From a virus (taxonomy: Duplodnaviria; Heunggongvirae; Uroviricota; Caudoviricetes): a stretch of DNA of 64,000 bases. A program made the position numbers and the translations under genes. Where the stretch lies: the IMG/VR virus record IMGVR_UViG_3300033148_004507. One strand, 5' to 3'. Under the pieces are notes generated by a model. The model had not been told where the DNA came from. It searched no databases and was given only the letters and a program-made list of their open reading frames with translations. Positions 9,557-18,475 of the stretch are shown piece after piece (within the stretch, counting starts at the first letter, position 1; the number at the start of each line of letters is the position of its first letter).

Positions 9557-10051
9557 ATGGAACATAAGATTACAAAAGACGATGTTGAAACATTGATGGG
9601 GCATGGCAAACTACATCTGCCAAATGACGATTGGTTGATATTCTATTATAATACTATCGAGTGTCCGACCTGCGAGGGTAAGGGTGAAGTTCGGGAAAGG
9701 GATGGCTCACGGTTTCGTGGTGACGGCCATTTACACATGAATAAGTGTAAGCCATGCAACGGCACAGGCCGAGTACCCAAGACCTATCGCATATCATGTC
9801 CCAAGTGCAAGGAAACCAGGGATATGGCCTTTGACGGGAACTGGCAATGTACTGTGTGTGGTTATGAGTTTTCAGGCAATCCTCCACACATGATAAAGGA
9901 AGTACCCAAGCCACATCAATGCGATAAATGTTATTGGATTAGGTCTGAAATAGAAACAATATTGGGCATGGGTTATAATGAGGAAGAGATGATAGAAAGA
10001 TTGAATGTTCTTAAGAATGATATAGCTCCCAAGCCACAGGGGGGGAAATGA
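9557..10051 (+). CDS. DnaJ-type CxxCxGxG zinc-finger protein (paralog 1 of 3)
   Basis: ECPTCEGKGEV ... CKPCNGTGRVPK plus further CxxC pairs; ATG 9557 after GGGGGAT SD; C-term ...APKPQGGK encoded by AAGCCACAGGGGGGG junction. Confidence 0.6.
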   Translation: MEHKITKDDVETLMGHGKLHLPNDDWLIFYYNTIECPTCEGKGEVRERDGSRFRGDGHLHMNKCKPCNGTGRVPKTYRISCPKCKETRDMAFDGNWQCTVCGYEFSGNPPHMIKEVPKPHQCDKCYWIRSEIETILGMGYNEEEMIERLNVLKNDIAPKPQGGK

Positions 10052-10284
10052 TGGACACAATCAGAATCTTCAAATGCTATAAAGAAGTCACGCCAGCAGT
10101 AAAGGTCGGAGATGATTTAGTTAAGGGTCGGGCCGTTCCAGTGAAATCATTGGGCAGGGCAACAATTTCAATGGCGAGAAAGGTTGGGTTGGGTGATAAA
10201 GATTTCGTGATTGTATCTATCAAGAAGCTTGAGAGCAGTCCGATAGATTTCGTCAAGGATAAGTTTCGTACAGGTGGTGAGTAG
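10048..10284 (+). CDS. hypothetical protein
   Basis: 78-aa ORF; ATGATG overlapping upstream stop. Confidence 0.5.
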   Translation: MMDTIRIFKCYKEVTPAVKVGDDLVKGRAVPVKSLGRATISMARKVGLGDKDFVIVSIKKLESSPIDFVKDKFRTGGE

Positions 10285-10474
10285 TATGATGATTGCAGGA
10301 TGTATATTGAGTGGTTGCGATAACATTGTGACTCATGAGTTAGGTGGCCGTGGGCTATGCTGTGAGTGTTATAAGAAGGTAATACTTGAAATGCTGGAGA
10401 AAGCGATGGAAACAACACACGATTATCTGAATCTGGGTAATGAGATTGATACTATTATGGAGGCGATGGAATGA
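10274..10474 (+). CDS. zinc-ribbon mini-protein
   Basis: CILSGC ... CCECY. Confidence 0.45.
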   Translation: MVSSMMIAGCILSGCDNIVTHELGGRGLCCECYKKVILEMLEKAMETTHDYLNLGNEIDTIMEAME

Positions 10475-10477
10475 GTT

Positions 10478-10498
10478 GGAAAGGTCAACGACCTTTCC
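10478..10498 (+). terminator. perfect hairpin GGAAAGGTC-aac-GACCTTTCC
   Basis: 9-bp inverted repeat with 3-nt loop immediately after stop of 10274..10474; no clear T-tract, so terminator/operator role is tentative. Confidence 0.35.
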
Positions 10499-10568
10499 TC
10501 GACCTTAATGGGGTCAAGGGATGTGTTATATATGAGGCAGATTAGATTACAAGCAGAGGTGATGAAAG

Positions 10569-10772
10569 ATGAGAATAGAAAGGCGAGATGATAAGGTGTA
10601 TTTGAAATTCGAGAGTCTGGAAGAGGCCGAATCCAAGATGTATGATGCATTGTCATTATTAATGAAGGTGGGTAAAAGCGGTTTAGATGACTCGCAATTA
10701 TCAGATGAGATTATCGATTTCCTTAACGAGAATGGCTGGCCTGAAGGGGATGTCGAGAGGGAATTAAAATGA
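10569..10772 (+). CDS. hypothetical acidic protein
   Basis: 67-aa ORF after AGAGGTGATGAAAG SD. Confidence 0.45.
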   Translation: MRIERRDDKVYLKFESLEEAESKMYDALSLLMKVGKSGLDDSQLSDEIIDFLNENGWPEGDVERELK

Positions 10773-11044
10773 TGCAATGTATATGTCGCAAAGCAATAGG
10801 CCAAAGTGGTGCTTATGGTTTTCATAAATGCGATGGATGTAATAGAGTATATGGCCTTTCTGAAGGTGGTTGGTCATATCACGGGTTCGATTATATTCCA
10901 AAGGAGATTGATTTACCCTATGTAATAAAAGGAGAAACTGAAACAACCTGTTTGCTAAAAGATGTAATTGGATTGATTAAAAATCACGAACTGGAAACGG
11001 CAATTATAAATTTAGAGAGTATAATAAAAGACATAGAGGTGTAA
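10769..11044 (+). CDS. zinc-ribbon mini-protein
   Basis: CICRK ... CDGCNRVY. Confidence 0.5.
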   Translation: MMQCICRKAIGQSGAYGFHKCDGCNRVYGLSEGGWSYHGFDYIPKEIDLPYVIKGETETTCLLKDVIGLIKNHELETAIINLESIIKDIEV

Positions 11045-11048
11045 TAAG

Positions 11049-11423
11049 ATGGATTGCGCAATAATGAACTGCACAGGCTGTAAGAAGCCGATGATTACAT
11101 TGAAAGGCTCCAATGCACAGTTAGAGGACGTTGAGTACAATGTTACAGAGCAATGGTGTAAGGAATGTTCAATCGATGAGTTAGCAATCAAAAGGAAAGC
11201 ACTCTCGCATTTCTCATGGGCGTTCAAAAGATTCATGGACGGTGGAGATTGTTGGGAGGATGCCTTTGGTAAAGCTGTTGATGAGGTTATGGGAGGCAAG
11301 GCAAAGAGCAAAGAAAAGTACATGACGTATTGTTATGATTGTAATAAGGATGTCGAGGTGGACGTTCCGATACACAGCCCTGTGATATGTGATGATTGTG
11401 CTAAGAAAGATAATGGAGAGTGA
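11049..11423 (+). CDS. multi-zinc-ribbon protein
   Basis: CTGCKK, CKECS, CYDCNK, CDDCAK. Confidence 0.55.
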   Translation: MDCAIMNCTGCKKPMITLKGSNAQLEDVEYNVTEQWCKECSIDELAIKRKALSHFSWAFKRFMDGGDCWEDAFGKAVDEVMGGKAKSKEKYMTYCYDCNKDVEVDVPIHSPVICDDCAKKDNGE

Positions 11424-11427
11424 TTAA

Positions 11428-11625
11428 GTGACTGTAGTGGAGAAGGTTAGAATAGTCAACACGGATGAGGTGTACTGCCCAGACGAGGATGGCTGTGTGT
11501 GGTTTGGTGATGGTACAGAATTGATAATGAGATTCGGCAGGGGTCATTGCCCTGATTGTGGCAAAGTCATATCAATATCTATGTCTGAATTGAACAAGAA
11601 ATATAATTACGGGGGTCTGGCATGA
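11428..11625 (+). CDS. zinc-ribbon mini-protein (GTG start)
   Basis: CPDEDGC ... HCPDCGK. Confidence 0.45.
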   Translation: MTVVEKVRIVNTDEVYCPDEDGCVWFGDGTELIMRFGRGHCPDCGKVISISMSELNKKYNYGGLA

Positions 11626-11768
11626 TGGATAGGGATGACATATGTATACATGCCAGTCTACCAGATATAGACGGGGCAAGGCTATGTGTAAATAATAAAT
11701 CAAACAAAGGCCAGAATAAAATATGTGTTGGCGTTCATGCCTGCTCAGATGGTGAGGTGTAAATATGT

Positions 11769-12230
11769 TTGTTGAAAGAATTCACATTGCGAAAGCGAAT
11801 TAGGTTCGGGACGACTAAGATTCCATATGAAAAAACGTATGGTGAGATACTGGCACTTCTCAGAAAGCATGGTTGTAACAGAATTGCGACCATGATGGAC
11901 GGCGATATGGAGATGATTGCCTTTGAGTTGGATGAAACTCCGTATATGATAAAGATTCCGATTGTTTATATCGGCGACCAACCTGAAGATAAGATAGGGA
12001 TACGATTGGTAAAATACTGGCTTGAGACAATCTTGGAATTATCTAAGCAGAGAATTATTGATATGGAATATCTGATGTTGGGTACAAGGATGGTCAAGGT
12101 TGATGGTAAGAGTATGACTGTCAAGGAAGCCTTTGATAATGTTCCGACCCAAAACCTTCTCGATAGCCTATCTGCGAGGACTAAACAACTTGAGGGTGAT
12201 AAGTTCATTGATGTGGGGGGTAATGAATGA
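11769..12230 (+). CDS. hypothetical protein
   Basis: 153-aa ORF, no recognisable motif. Confidence 0.45.
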   Translation: MLKEFTLRKRIRFGTTKIPYEKTYGEILALLRKHGCNRIATMMDGDMEMIAFELDETPYMIKIPIVYIGDQPEDKIGIRLVKYWLETILELSKQRIIDMEYLMLGTRMVKVDGKSMTVKEAFDNVPTQNLLDSLSARTKQLEGDKFIDVGGNE

Positions 12231-12496
12231 AAACACCAGGGGAGAGGAGAATCGAGGGGGCTACGCCAGTAGTTTTACCAGATGGTGATAGATGGTTCGT
12301 GTATGGTTGCCTTAATCTAACTCTGAAGAGCTTTTGCCCATGTACAAAATGTGGTTATTGGGAAGATGATGAATGTGTTCATCCAAATCCAGAAACACAT
12401 CTGGAGGATTCGATTATCAAGGGTAGGTGGGAGATAATGAAGTTCGACATACCAAAGGAGGAAATAATCTTGGATACCATTCCTGATGTCTGTTGA
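12227..12496 (+). CDS. zinc-binding mini-protein
   Basis: CPCTKCGYWEDDECVH. Confidence 0.5.
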   Translation: MKTPGERRIEGATPVVLPDGDRWFVYGCLNLTLKSFCPCTKCGYWEDDECVHPNPETHLEDSIIKGRWEIMKFDIPKEEIILDTIPDVC

Positions 12497-12663
12497 GAGG
12501 AAAGGCTTTTATGGAAATACAGTGTTATGCTATGTGAAGTGGTGGGTGGATTTTGTTAGACTCTCTTCCCCCCGATTAAGTTTTCTTCTTCGCCTTCCAC
12601 TTCTTCATCATTCTTATACTGGCCTCGCAGATTCCTTTGCGGGGCTTTCTTCTCAGGAATTAT

Positions 12664-12713
12664 GACCGCAAAACTATTTATACTCGGAACCCCTACGATG
12701 TGACGGTGATAAC
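12664..12713 (+). promoter_or_regulatory. recurring promoter/RBS cassette: GACCGCAAAACTATTTATACT...GTGACGGTGATAACATG
   Basis: BRE/TATA-like AAAACTATTTATA ~35 nt upstream of ATG; GGTGAT SD 4 nt before ATG; one of ~8 copies in the window. Confidence 0.6.
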
Positions 12714-12932
12714 ATGACAGAAAATGGAAATAAATGTGAAGAACGATGCCCAACTTGTAATGAACTTTGCGAGATTGCAGAGGACAACCATAAAGTCTGG
12801 GTTGAAAAATACGGCCATGCAAAAGGCAGAACTATGAAAGGCCATTATCATTGGAATGGGACAAAGTTACATGAATGGGTCACATTTCCAGGGTGTGAAA
12901 AGGTGAACCAACAATGCCAAGAAGAAAATTAA
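12714..12932 (+). CDS. zinc-ribbon mini-protein
   Basis: ATG at end of promoter cassette; CEERCPTCNELCE. Confidence 0.55.
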   Translation: MTENGNKCEERCPTCNELCEIAEDNHKVWVEKYGHAKGRTMKGHYHWNGTKLHEWVTFPGCEKVNQQCQEEN

Positions 12933-13120
12933 AGATAACTAAAAAAGAAGCTAAAATGCATGGCATCGACTATAATATTATTAATGGTTGCACTGCTTTT
13001 AGCCTCAAAGACGACACATGGGGTTGTAATCGTTGCTGTCAATTTTGTGGTTGTTATGAAGCAGATTACATAAACTATATGCATGAAACAAGCCAATTAC
13101 CAATGAAGGAGGGTAAATAA
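12914..13120 (+). CDS. Cys-rich mini-protein
   Basis: CNRCCQFCGC. Confidence 0.45.
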   Translation: MPRRKLKITKKEAKMHGIDYNIINGCTAFSLKDDTWGCNRCCQFCGCYEADYINYMHETSQLPMKEGK

Positions 13121-13229
13121 TGAGTTTTGCAGGGTATGGTGTACAACCAGAAGATTTCTGCTATTTATTCACACCGGATGAAGGGATGTATGAGGAGTTA
13201 AAATGAGTCGAGAATTGGTATACATCTGT

Positions 13230-14553
13230 GAGCTTGGTAAGGGTGAGTCAACGACCACACAGAACAGAAATGGTCTGGGGGCGAGTCTGAGCAATCAGAC
13301 TTGTGCGTTGATTAGGAGGCAATGAAAAGAATGAAAACCATGCAGAAGTTAGACGGGAGAGATACATACACACCTACGGATGCTCCACAAGTCCGTAGCA
13401 ACTGTGATTCTGTGATTAAACATGACTGCGAGGTAGGTCAAGTGTTACAGAGTTTGAAAACCCCGTCTAACAACTCCGATGTGGACTTACTCCAGCATAC
13501 AGGAGGGCATAATGCCACTATGTATGCATATGTTATAAATAAGAATGGAAAACCACTGATGCCCTGCAAACCTGCCAAAGCAAGGCATCTATTGAAGCAA
13601 GGTAGAGCCAAAGTAATCAACAGGAAGCCATTTACAATCCGACTATTATGGGATTGTGAAGATAATGTGCAACCGATTACGCTAGGCATCGATGCAGGCT
13701 ATAGCAAAGTTGGTTTCAGTGCCGTGTCTGAGAGTAAGGAATTGATGTCTGGGGAGCTAACATTACGAAAAGGCATCAATAAACTCATCGAGCAGAAAAG
13801 CAACTATAGAAGAACAAGACGGAATAAACTTTGGCATCGCCCACCGAGATTCCTGAACAGAGCCAAACCAAAAGGTCGCCTACCTCCGAGCATCCAACAT
13901 AAGCTCGACAGCCATATTAGGCTTGTCGAACAAATGAAAGCAATCCTGCCGATAACAAATGTTATTGTCGAGGTTGCGAATTTTGACATCCAGAAGATAA
14001 AGAATCCAGACATTAAAGGAGTCGAATACCAACAAGGGGAGCAGATGGGCTTTTGGAATGTAAAACCTGTCATGAAGAGCATCATGCGGGTATTGATATA
14101 ATCTCAGCAGTGGCAATCAAGAACTTCAAGCCAGAAACCTTTATGACGGTGGTTAATTGGAAGCTTACAGAACTATTAAATTGTGAGCATACCTTTGGCT
14201 ACATCACGAAGCATAATAGGATTAAGCAAGGTCTTGCAAAGAGTCATGTAAATGATGCGTTTATAATTGCAAGAGGTCATAGTCAGGGGCGATGCAAATA
14301 TTATGAAGTCAATCAAACGAGGAGAAATAATAGAAGCATACAATTGAATCGAAAAGGCTATAAACCATCTATCAGAAGAAAAAGATATAAGCTCCAATCC
14401 AATGACTTAATTAGAGATTCACAAAACAACACTGTTCTGAGAGCAAAGGGTGTATGCTCATATGGGCGGTCAATAAAATTGGAAGATGGGAGATATACAA
14501 ATGTTAAAAATATAAAATTAATATGTTATGGTAAAGGGATATGCTATATATGA
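13230..14553 (+). mobile_element. IS200/IS605-type iscB element (copy 2), left boundary approximate
   Basis: direct repeat of 6880..8339 (by-eye ~85% identity); preceded by a 200-nt noncoding stretch 13121..13321. Confidence 0.7.
13322..14553 (+). pseudogene. iscB: IscB copy 2, inactivated by ~139-bp out-of-frame deletion removing the N-terminal half of the HNH domain
   Basis: same PLMP/RuvC-I/bridge/RuvC-II as copy 1, then ...FWNV | KTCHEEHH...HVNDAFIIARG; CQHCKGK...QVHHIN segment absent; ORF split into 13322..14101 and 14053..14553 at the same TGGAATGT site as copy 1. Confidence 0.8.
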
Positions 14554-14632
14554 AAAAGACTAAAGTAGATAGAAATGACTGAATGGGAAGAGACTGGTGA
14601 TTTGAAGGTGGACAGATAAAGGAGGAATAAAT

Positions 14633-15052
14633 ATGGATGATTCAAATAATAAAAGTGAGTTAAGGGTTTCAGATAGGAAGTGGACAATTGTAGCCACATT
14701 ATTGGTGGTGATGTCATTGCTTATAATTAATTCATATTGGAATCCCAATCTGGAAGCGGAATACGAAGTGGAAATGGTCGAATATGAGCAAAAGCAGATT
14801 GAGATGGAAATAGAGTATGCAAATATAACCGATGCCTATGGTGAATATAGTTTTGAGGCAGTTACCTATAAGGAAATAATGGATGACGAATTGAATGTCA
14901 AGTCTTTACGTCTATTTATGCAATTGTTCGTGTGGATATTCATTGGTATATTTCTTATTATGATTGCCTATAAACAAGACATGTACTTGATTGATGATTG
15001 CGATGATGAGTTTGGCTTTGAAGATGACGATGATAGGTTGGTGGGGCCTTGA
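14633..15052 (+). CDS. membrane protein with acidic C-terminus
   Basis: two hydrophobic helices (WTIVATLLVVMSLLII; LFVWIFIGIFLIMIAY), DDCDDEFGFEDDDD tail. Confidence 0.5.
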   Translation: MDDSNNKSELRVSDRKWTIVATLLVVMSLLIINSYWNPNLEAEYEVEMVEYEQKQIEMEIEYANITDAYGEYSFEAVTYKEIMDDELNVKSLRLFMQLFVWIFIGIFLIMIAYKQDMYLIDDCDDEFGFEDDDDRLVGP

Positions 15053-15300
15053 AAGGTGTTGAAGCTGTAGTCAAATCCATGCTCTATGCACTGGTTGGTG
15101 TTATGGTAGTTATGGTTGTTATGTCATTCTACTTCATGTATTGCGCATATCGGGCATTTCAAATCGGAACCGATATTGGCAACTTTGTTGGTGGGGCATT
15201 GTTGGTACTGTCTGGGGCCATATTACTTGGGTCAATTGGAATCCAGCAATTTGTGTTCCCGTTGTTGGAGATTAAAACAGATGGTGGTGAAAAAGAATGA
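15049..15300 (+). CDS. small membrane protein
   Basis: 83 aa, 2-3 hydrophobic helices. Confidence 0.5.
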   Translation: MKGVEAVVKSMLYALVGVMVVMVVMSFYFMYCAYRAFQIGTDIGNFVGGALLVLSGAILLGSIGIQQFVFPLLEIKTDGGEKE

Positions 15301-15773
15301 AAATCCCAGATAGAATAAACTATAGTGCCTTGAACTTTCCGATATGTAATTTCGTGGTTCTTGAGGAGGCTGAGAGGTTGATAATACCTGATTACCAGAG
15401 AGATTATATCTGGTCTGATACTCAGAAGGGGTTGTTGATAGATAGCATCTTTAAAAGCATACCGATTGGCAATATATTCCTTAACGAGAGGGGTGGCAGT
15501 CCAGCCTATGAAATTATTGATGGTCAGCAAAGACTTACTACACTATTTAAGTTCATGAATGATGAGTTTGCTTACCAGGATGTGTACTACAGTGAATTGC
15601 CAGATAAGTACACTGCGAGGATAAGTCATTTCGTAGTCCAGACTTATATCACTTACTACACAGATGTTAAGGACATCCTCAGATTGTATTATGTATTGAA
15701 TTGGGCAGGGACACAACATAATGTGGAGGAGATGATTAAGCTTAAGAGGCAGGCGGGTGAAGAGGATGGATGA
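15297..15773 (+). CDS. DUF262 (ParB-like, GmrSD N-terminal-type) domain protein, stand-alone
   Basis: IIPDYQRDYIWSDTQKGLLIDSIFKSIPIGNIFL...EIIDGQQRLTTLFKF: canonical PxYQRxYxW and DGQQR motifs; no DUF1524/HNH nuclease partner domain. Confidence 0.8.
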   Translation: MKIPDRINYSALNFPICNFVVLEEAERLIIPDYQRDYIWSDTQKGLLIDSIFKSIPIGNIFLNERGGSPAYEIIDGQQRLTTLFKFMNDEFAYQDVYYSELPDKYTARISHFVVQTYITYYTDVKDILRLYYVLNWAGTQHNVEEMIKLKRQAGEEDG

Positions 15774-15920
15774 AAAAAGCTATGATGCGACAATTAGAAT
15801 TGTAAACGAAAAGTGCGGTGAAGTCTTTAATTGCCAGGGTGTTACAGGGATATTAGGATTTAACAGAGAGGCTGGAAGCTGTGGAACGTTACATTGATAG
15901 GGATGGCTGACTGAGATTAT

Positions 15921-15970
15921 GATAGCAAAACTATTTATACTGAGAACGCATACAAAGTGACGGTGATAAC
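15921..15970 (+). promoter_or_regulatory. promoter/RBS cassette copy (GATAGCAAAACTATTTATACT...GTGACGGTGATAACATG)
   Basis: same cassette as 12664, 24856, 36584, 42045. Confidence 0.6.
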
Positions 15971-16096
15971 ATGGCAGGAAACAACGAAACAATAAACATT
16001 GGCGACCTTCCCGTAATAATTACGGAGGAAGAGGCTGAAGCAATAATCGGACTGTATGAGCATCATATTAAGGTAGTTATGTCTGGAGGAGTTTGA
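15971..16096 (+). CDS. 41-aa leader ORF (not in ORF track)
   Basis: ATG 15971 at end of promoter cassette; MAGNNETINIGDLPVIITEEEAEAIIGLYEHHIKVVMSGGV; TGA 16094-16096 overlaps ATG 16097. Confidence 0.45.
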   Translation: MAGNNETINIGDLPVIITEEEAEAIIGLYEHHIKVVMSGGV

Positions 16097-18289
16097 ATGA
16101 GCATATATGATGAATTGGGCATTGAGCCAGAGCAGATAGACAAAGAGGCCAAGATTGGGCATCCAACAGAGACAATAGTGAACGGCGAGAGGGTGCTGGA
16201 CTTTCCAGTATCTTATTTCTATAAAGGGAAAGTAAAAAATTTCGAATTGCGAGTAGTTCCAGACAAGCAGATTTCCACAGTTACCGATAAGAAACCAGGG
16301 GACGATGACCTAATGGAAACGGAGATATTAGCTCTTGGTATGACTCATAATGAGATATTGGATTTTTTCCCACCGTACAATGCCAAATCACCATACCCAT
16401 TCACACTGAAAGCGATTATAAGGAGCATAATCTTCGAGGCATTTGTTAACCGAGATGTGAACCATCTGGCTGGCGGTATGGTGAGAGCATTCTGGTATAC
16501 TCATTTGATTCATGTTATAGAGAACATACTTGGTCTTGGAGAAACAGATGTTGTCAAATCGACCATCAACCAGGCTTGGGAGGACTTGATAACCAGTGGT
16601 TTGGTCACATACGATGGGATGAACATCAGGTCAGATAGCGAAGGTTCGACACACTATCGAGTCAAGGACAGTCCTTTCTCCAACTTGATAATTGCGGTTG
16701 AGAAGGATGATAAATTCGAATATATGAAGTGGATGCCTCGGTTGTTTAACTGCACACTGATGACTGCTGGCGGTCAACCTAGTAGAGCGAATGCCAGACG
16801 ATTCATCATGGATATTCGAGATAAGGCCAGGATAAATTTGAACCAAACATTCTATATGTGCGTAATATCTGACTTAGACCCTGCTGGATACTACATCCAG
16901 AGAAGCTTTAAGAACCAGTTGGAGAAGGCTATTCAATATTACGGCGGTACTGGCAAGATAGAAATCAAGAGGTTATTCGTTGGAAAAAACCAAGTCACAC
17001 AATCATTGTTGGAGCATGATGCGATTCCTTGCTATGATAAGGGTAAGTCAGATAAGGCAAAGAAGGCAGAGAATACTAAATGGGATTATTTCTGTGAGCA
17101 GACGAATGGTGGAATCTATAAGAATGTGCCGAGAAGTGTTGCACTGAGTCTTGGGGCTATTGGCCCGAATGAGCATGTTGATTCTGAAACTGTGAGGGTT
17201 CGTGCCAAATTGGAATTGAACGCATTCCCTGACCACATCATCAATGATAGGGTCATCAAGGAGCTTCTGAAAATCATCGAGGAGACATCTGATGAGAGCT
17301 TGATTATGATTCCAGAGATTATGCGAATCTTCGAAGAAGAGAGGGAAAATGCGATGCAGGAGATTTACGAGAGGGAGCATAAGGTCAAGATTGCACCTTT
17401 CATTAGGAATTTCTTAAGGGACATTGACATTGAGCAGATGAGGAAGAGAAATCTTACTAGGGATGAAAGCCAGAAGGTTGAGGATGAGTTTGAGGAACTA
17501 AAAGAAGAGGTCGAGGAGCCATTCAAGGAACGAATTGAGGAACTTGAGGAAGAGGCCGATGAGAGAGTTCCAGACGAGCTTGCAGAGAAGAAACGGTTAG
17601 AGGACTTGATTATAGGGCTTGCAGACAAGCTTGATGATGTTAAAGAGGACATCAGGGAAAAGACCCAAGACCTTCTTGACGACATTGAAGAGCAGGAACG
17701 TGAGATGGAAGCTGAGATGATGCCTCACGAAGCAGAACGGGATGAGAAACTGGAAGATATTCAGAATAAGGGGGAATATAGGCAGGAGGAGCTTGAGAAG
17801 TTCAAGCGAGAGAAGGAGACGTTGTTCAACCCGATAGAGAAAGCGTTGATGAAAACTATTAAGGACTTGGTTAAACAGGATAATCTTGAGTTCTTCTTTG
17901 ACGATTTGGAGGCTGATAGGAAAACCAGGGGTCACATATCCAAATTGATACACGACCCGACTGCTTTGCTGGATGAGGAGATGCCTTGTCTGGAGCATGT
18001 CTATCCAGTATTCAAGGAGAAGGATTTGTTGAGGAAGGCTAGTGACGAGCAGATGGAGAATGTGGAGGCACACAGGCGAGGCTTCACCACAGATTTCTTA
18101 GAGGATATGCGACAATTAGTTCACCAGGGGGTCGAAGATAGAGGTTTCGAATTCGAGGTTCGAGAGATTGGTGAGTTGGAGGACTTTTCTGATGAACTCA
18201 TAGAGCTTGTCGAGCAAATTGAAAAGGACATCGAGAACGGTCTGTATAAGGACGATGATGATGGTGACGAGGGGGCTGGCGAATGGTAA
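16097..18289 (+). CDS. Spo11/TopoVI-A-like (putative 5Y-CAP + Toprim, Mini-A/JetD-type) protein fused to a ~400-aa acidic coiled-coil
   Basis: LIIAVEKDDKFEYMKW...LMTAGGQPSRANARRFIMDI...FYMCVISDLDPAGYYI = VEKD / GxP..RRF / DxDPxGxxI Toprim signature of TopoVI-A/Spo11; upstream VRAFWYTHL is a candidate R-x-h-F/Y-Y catalytic-Tyr motif; residues ~330-730 are E/D/K-rich heptad-like. Confidence 0.6.
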   Translation: MSIYDELGIEPEQIDKEAKIGHPTETIVNGERVLDFPVSYFYKGKVKNFELRVVPDKQISTVTDKKPGDDDLMETEILALGMTHNEILDFFPPYNAKSPYPFTLKAIIRSIIFEAFVNRDVNHLAGGMVRAFWYTHLIHVIENILGLGETDVVKSTINQAWEDLITSGLVTYDGMNIRSDSEGSTHYRVKDSPFSNLIIAVEKDDKFEYMKWMPRLFNCTLMTAGGQPSRANARRFIMDIRDKARINLNQTFYMCVISDLDPAGYYIQRSFKNQLEKAIQYYGGTGKIEIKRLFVGKNQVTQSLLEHDAIPCYDKGKSDKAKKAENTKWDYFCEQTNGGIYKNVPRSVALSLGAIGPNEHVDSETVRVRAKLELNAFPDHIINDRVIKELLKIIEETSDESLIMIPEIMRIFEEERENAMQEIYEREHKVKIAPFIRNFLRDIDIEQMRKRNLTRDESQKVEDEFEELKEEVEEPFKERIEELEEEADERVPDELAEKKRLEDLIIGLADKLDDVKEDIREKTQDLLDDIEEQEREMEAEMMPHEAERDEKLEDIQNKGEYRQEELEKFKREKETLFNPIEKALMKTIKDLVKQDNLEFFFDDLEADRKTRGHISKLIHDPTALLDEEMPCLEHVYPVFKEKDLLRKASDEQMENVEAHRRGFTTDFLEDMRQLVHQGVEDRGFEFEVREIGELEDFSDELIELVEQIEKDIENGLYKDDDDGDEGAGEW

Positions 18290-18474
18290 TCAAGGAAGTT
18301 GATTTTGACGATTGCCCAGAATCTTCTCTGGGGCATGTCTGGTGTCCTGATGAAACTACAGTTAAGATGGATGAATCTCTTGAGTTCGTTGTCGTGGATG
18401 TCAAATGCGAAGCCTGCGGTATGAAAGCCAAGGAAAAGTACGAGCCTACGATACAGTTTGTGGAGGTGGAGTAA
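18283..18474 (+). CDS. zinc-ribbon mini-protein
   Basis: CPESS...HVWCPDE...CEACG. Confidence 0.5.
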   Translation: MVIKEVDFDDCPESSLGHVWCPDETTVKMDESLEFVVVDVKCEACGMKAKEKYEPTIQFVEVE

Positions 18475-18475
18475 T

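Noticed and set aside
12556-12822. 88-aa minus-strand ORF
   Set aside because: It overlaps the conserved promoter cassette and the + strand gene 12714..12932 that the cassette clearly serves. It is an antisense artefact.
15780-16162. Minus-strand ORFs 15780..15992 and 15935..16162
   Set aside because: They cover the promoter cassette, the leader ORF and the start of the Toprim gene on the opposite strand. They lack an SD and are spurious.
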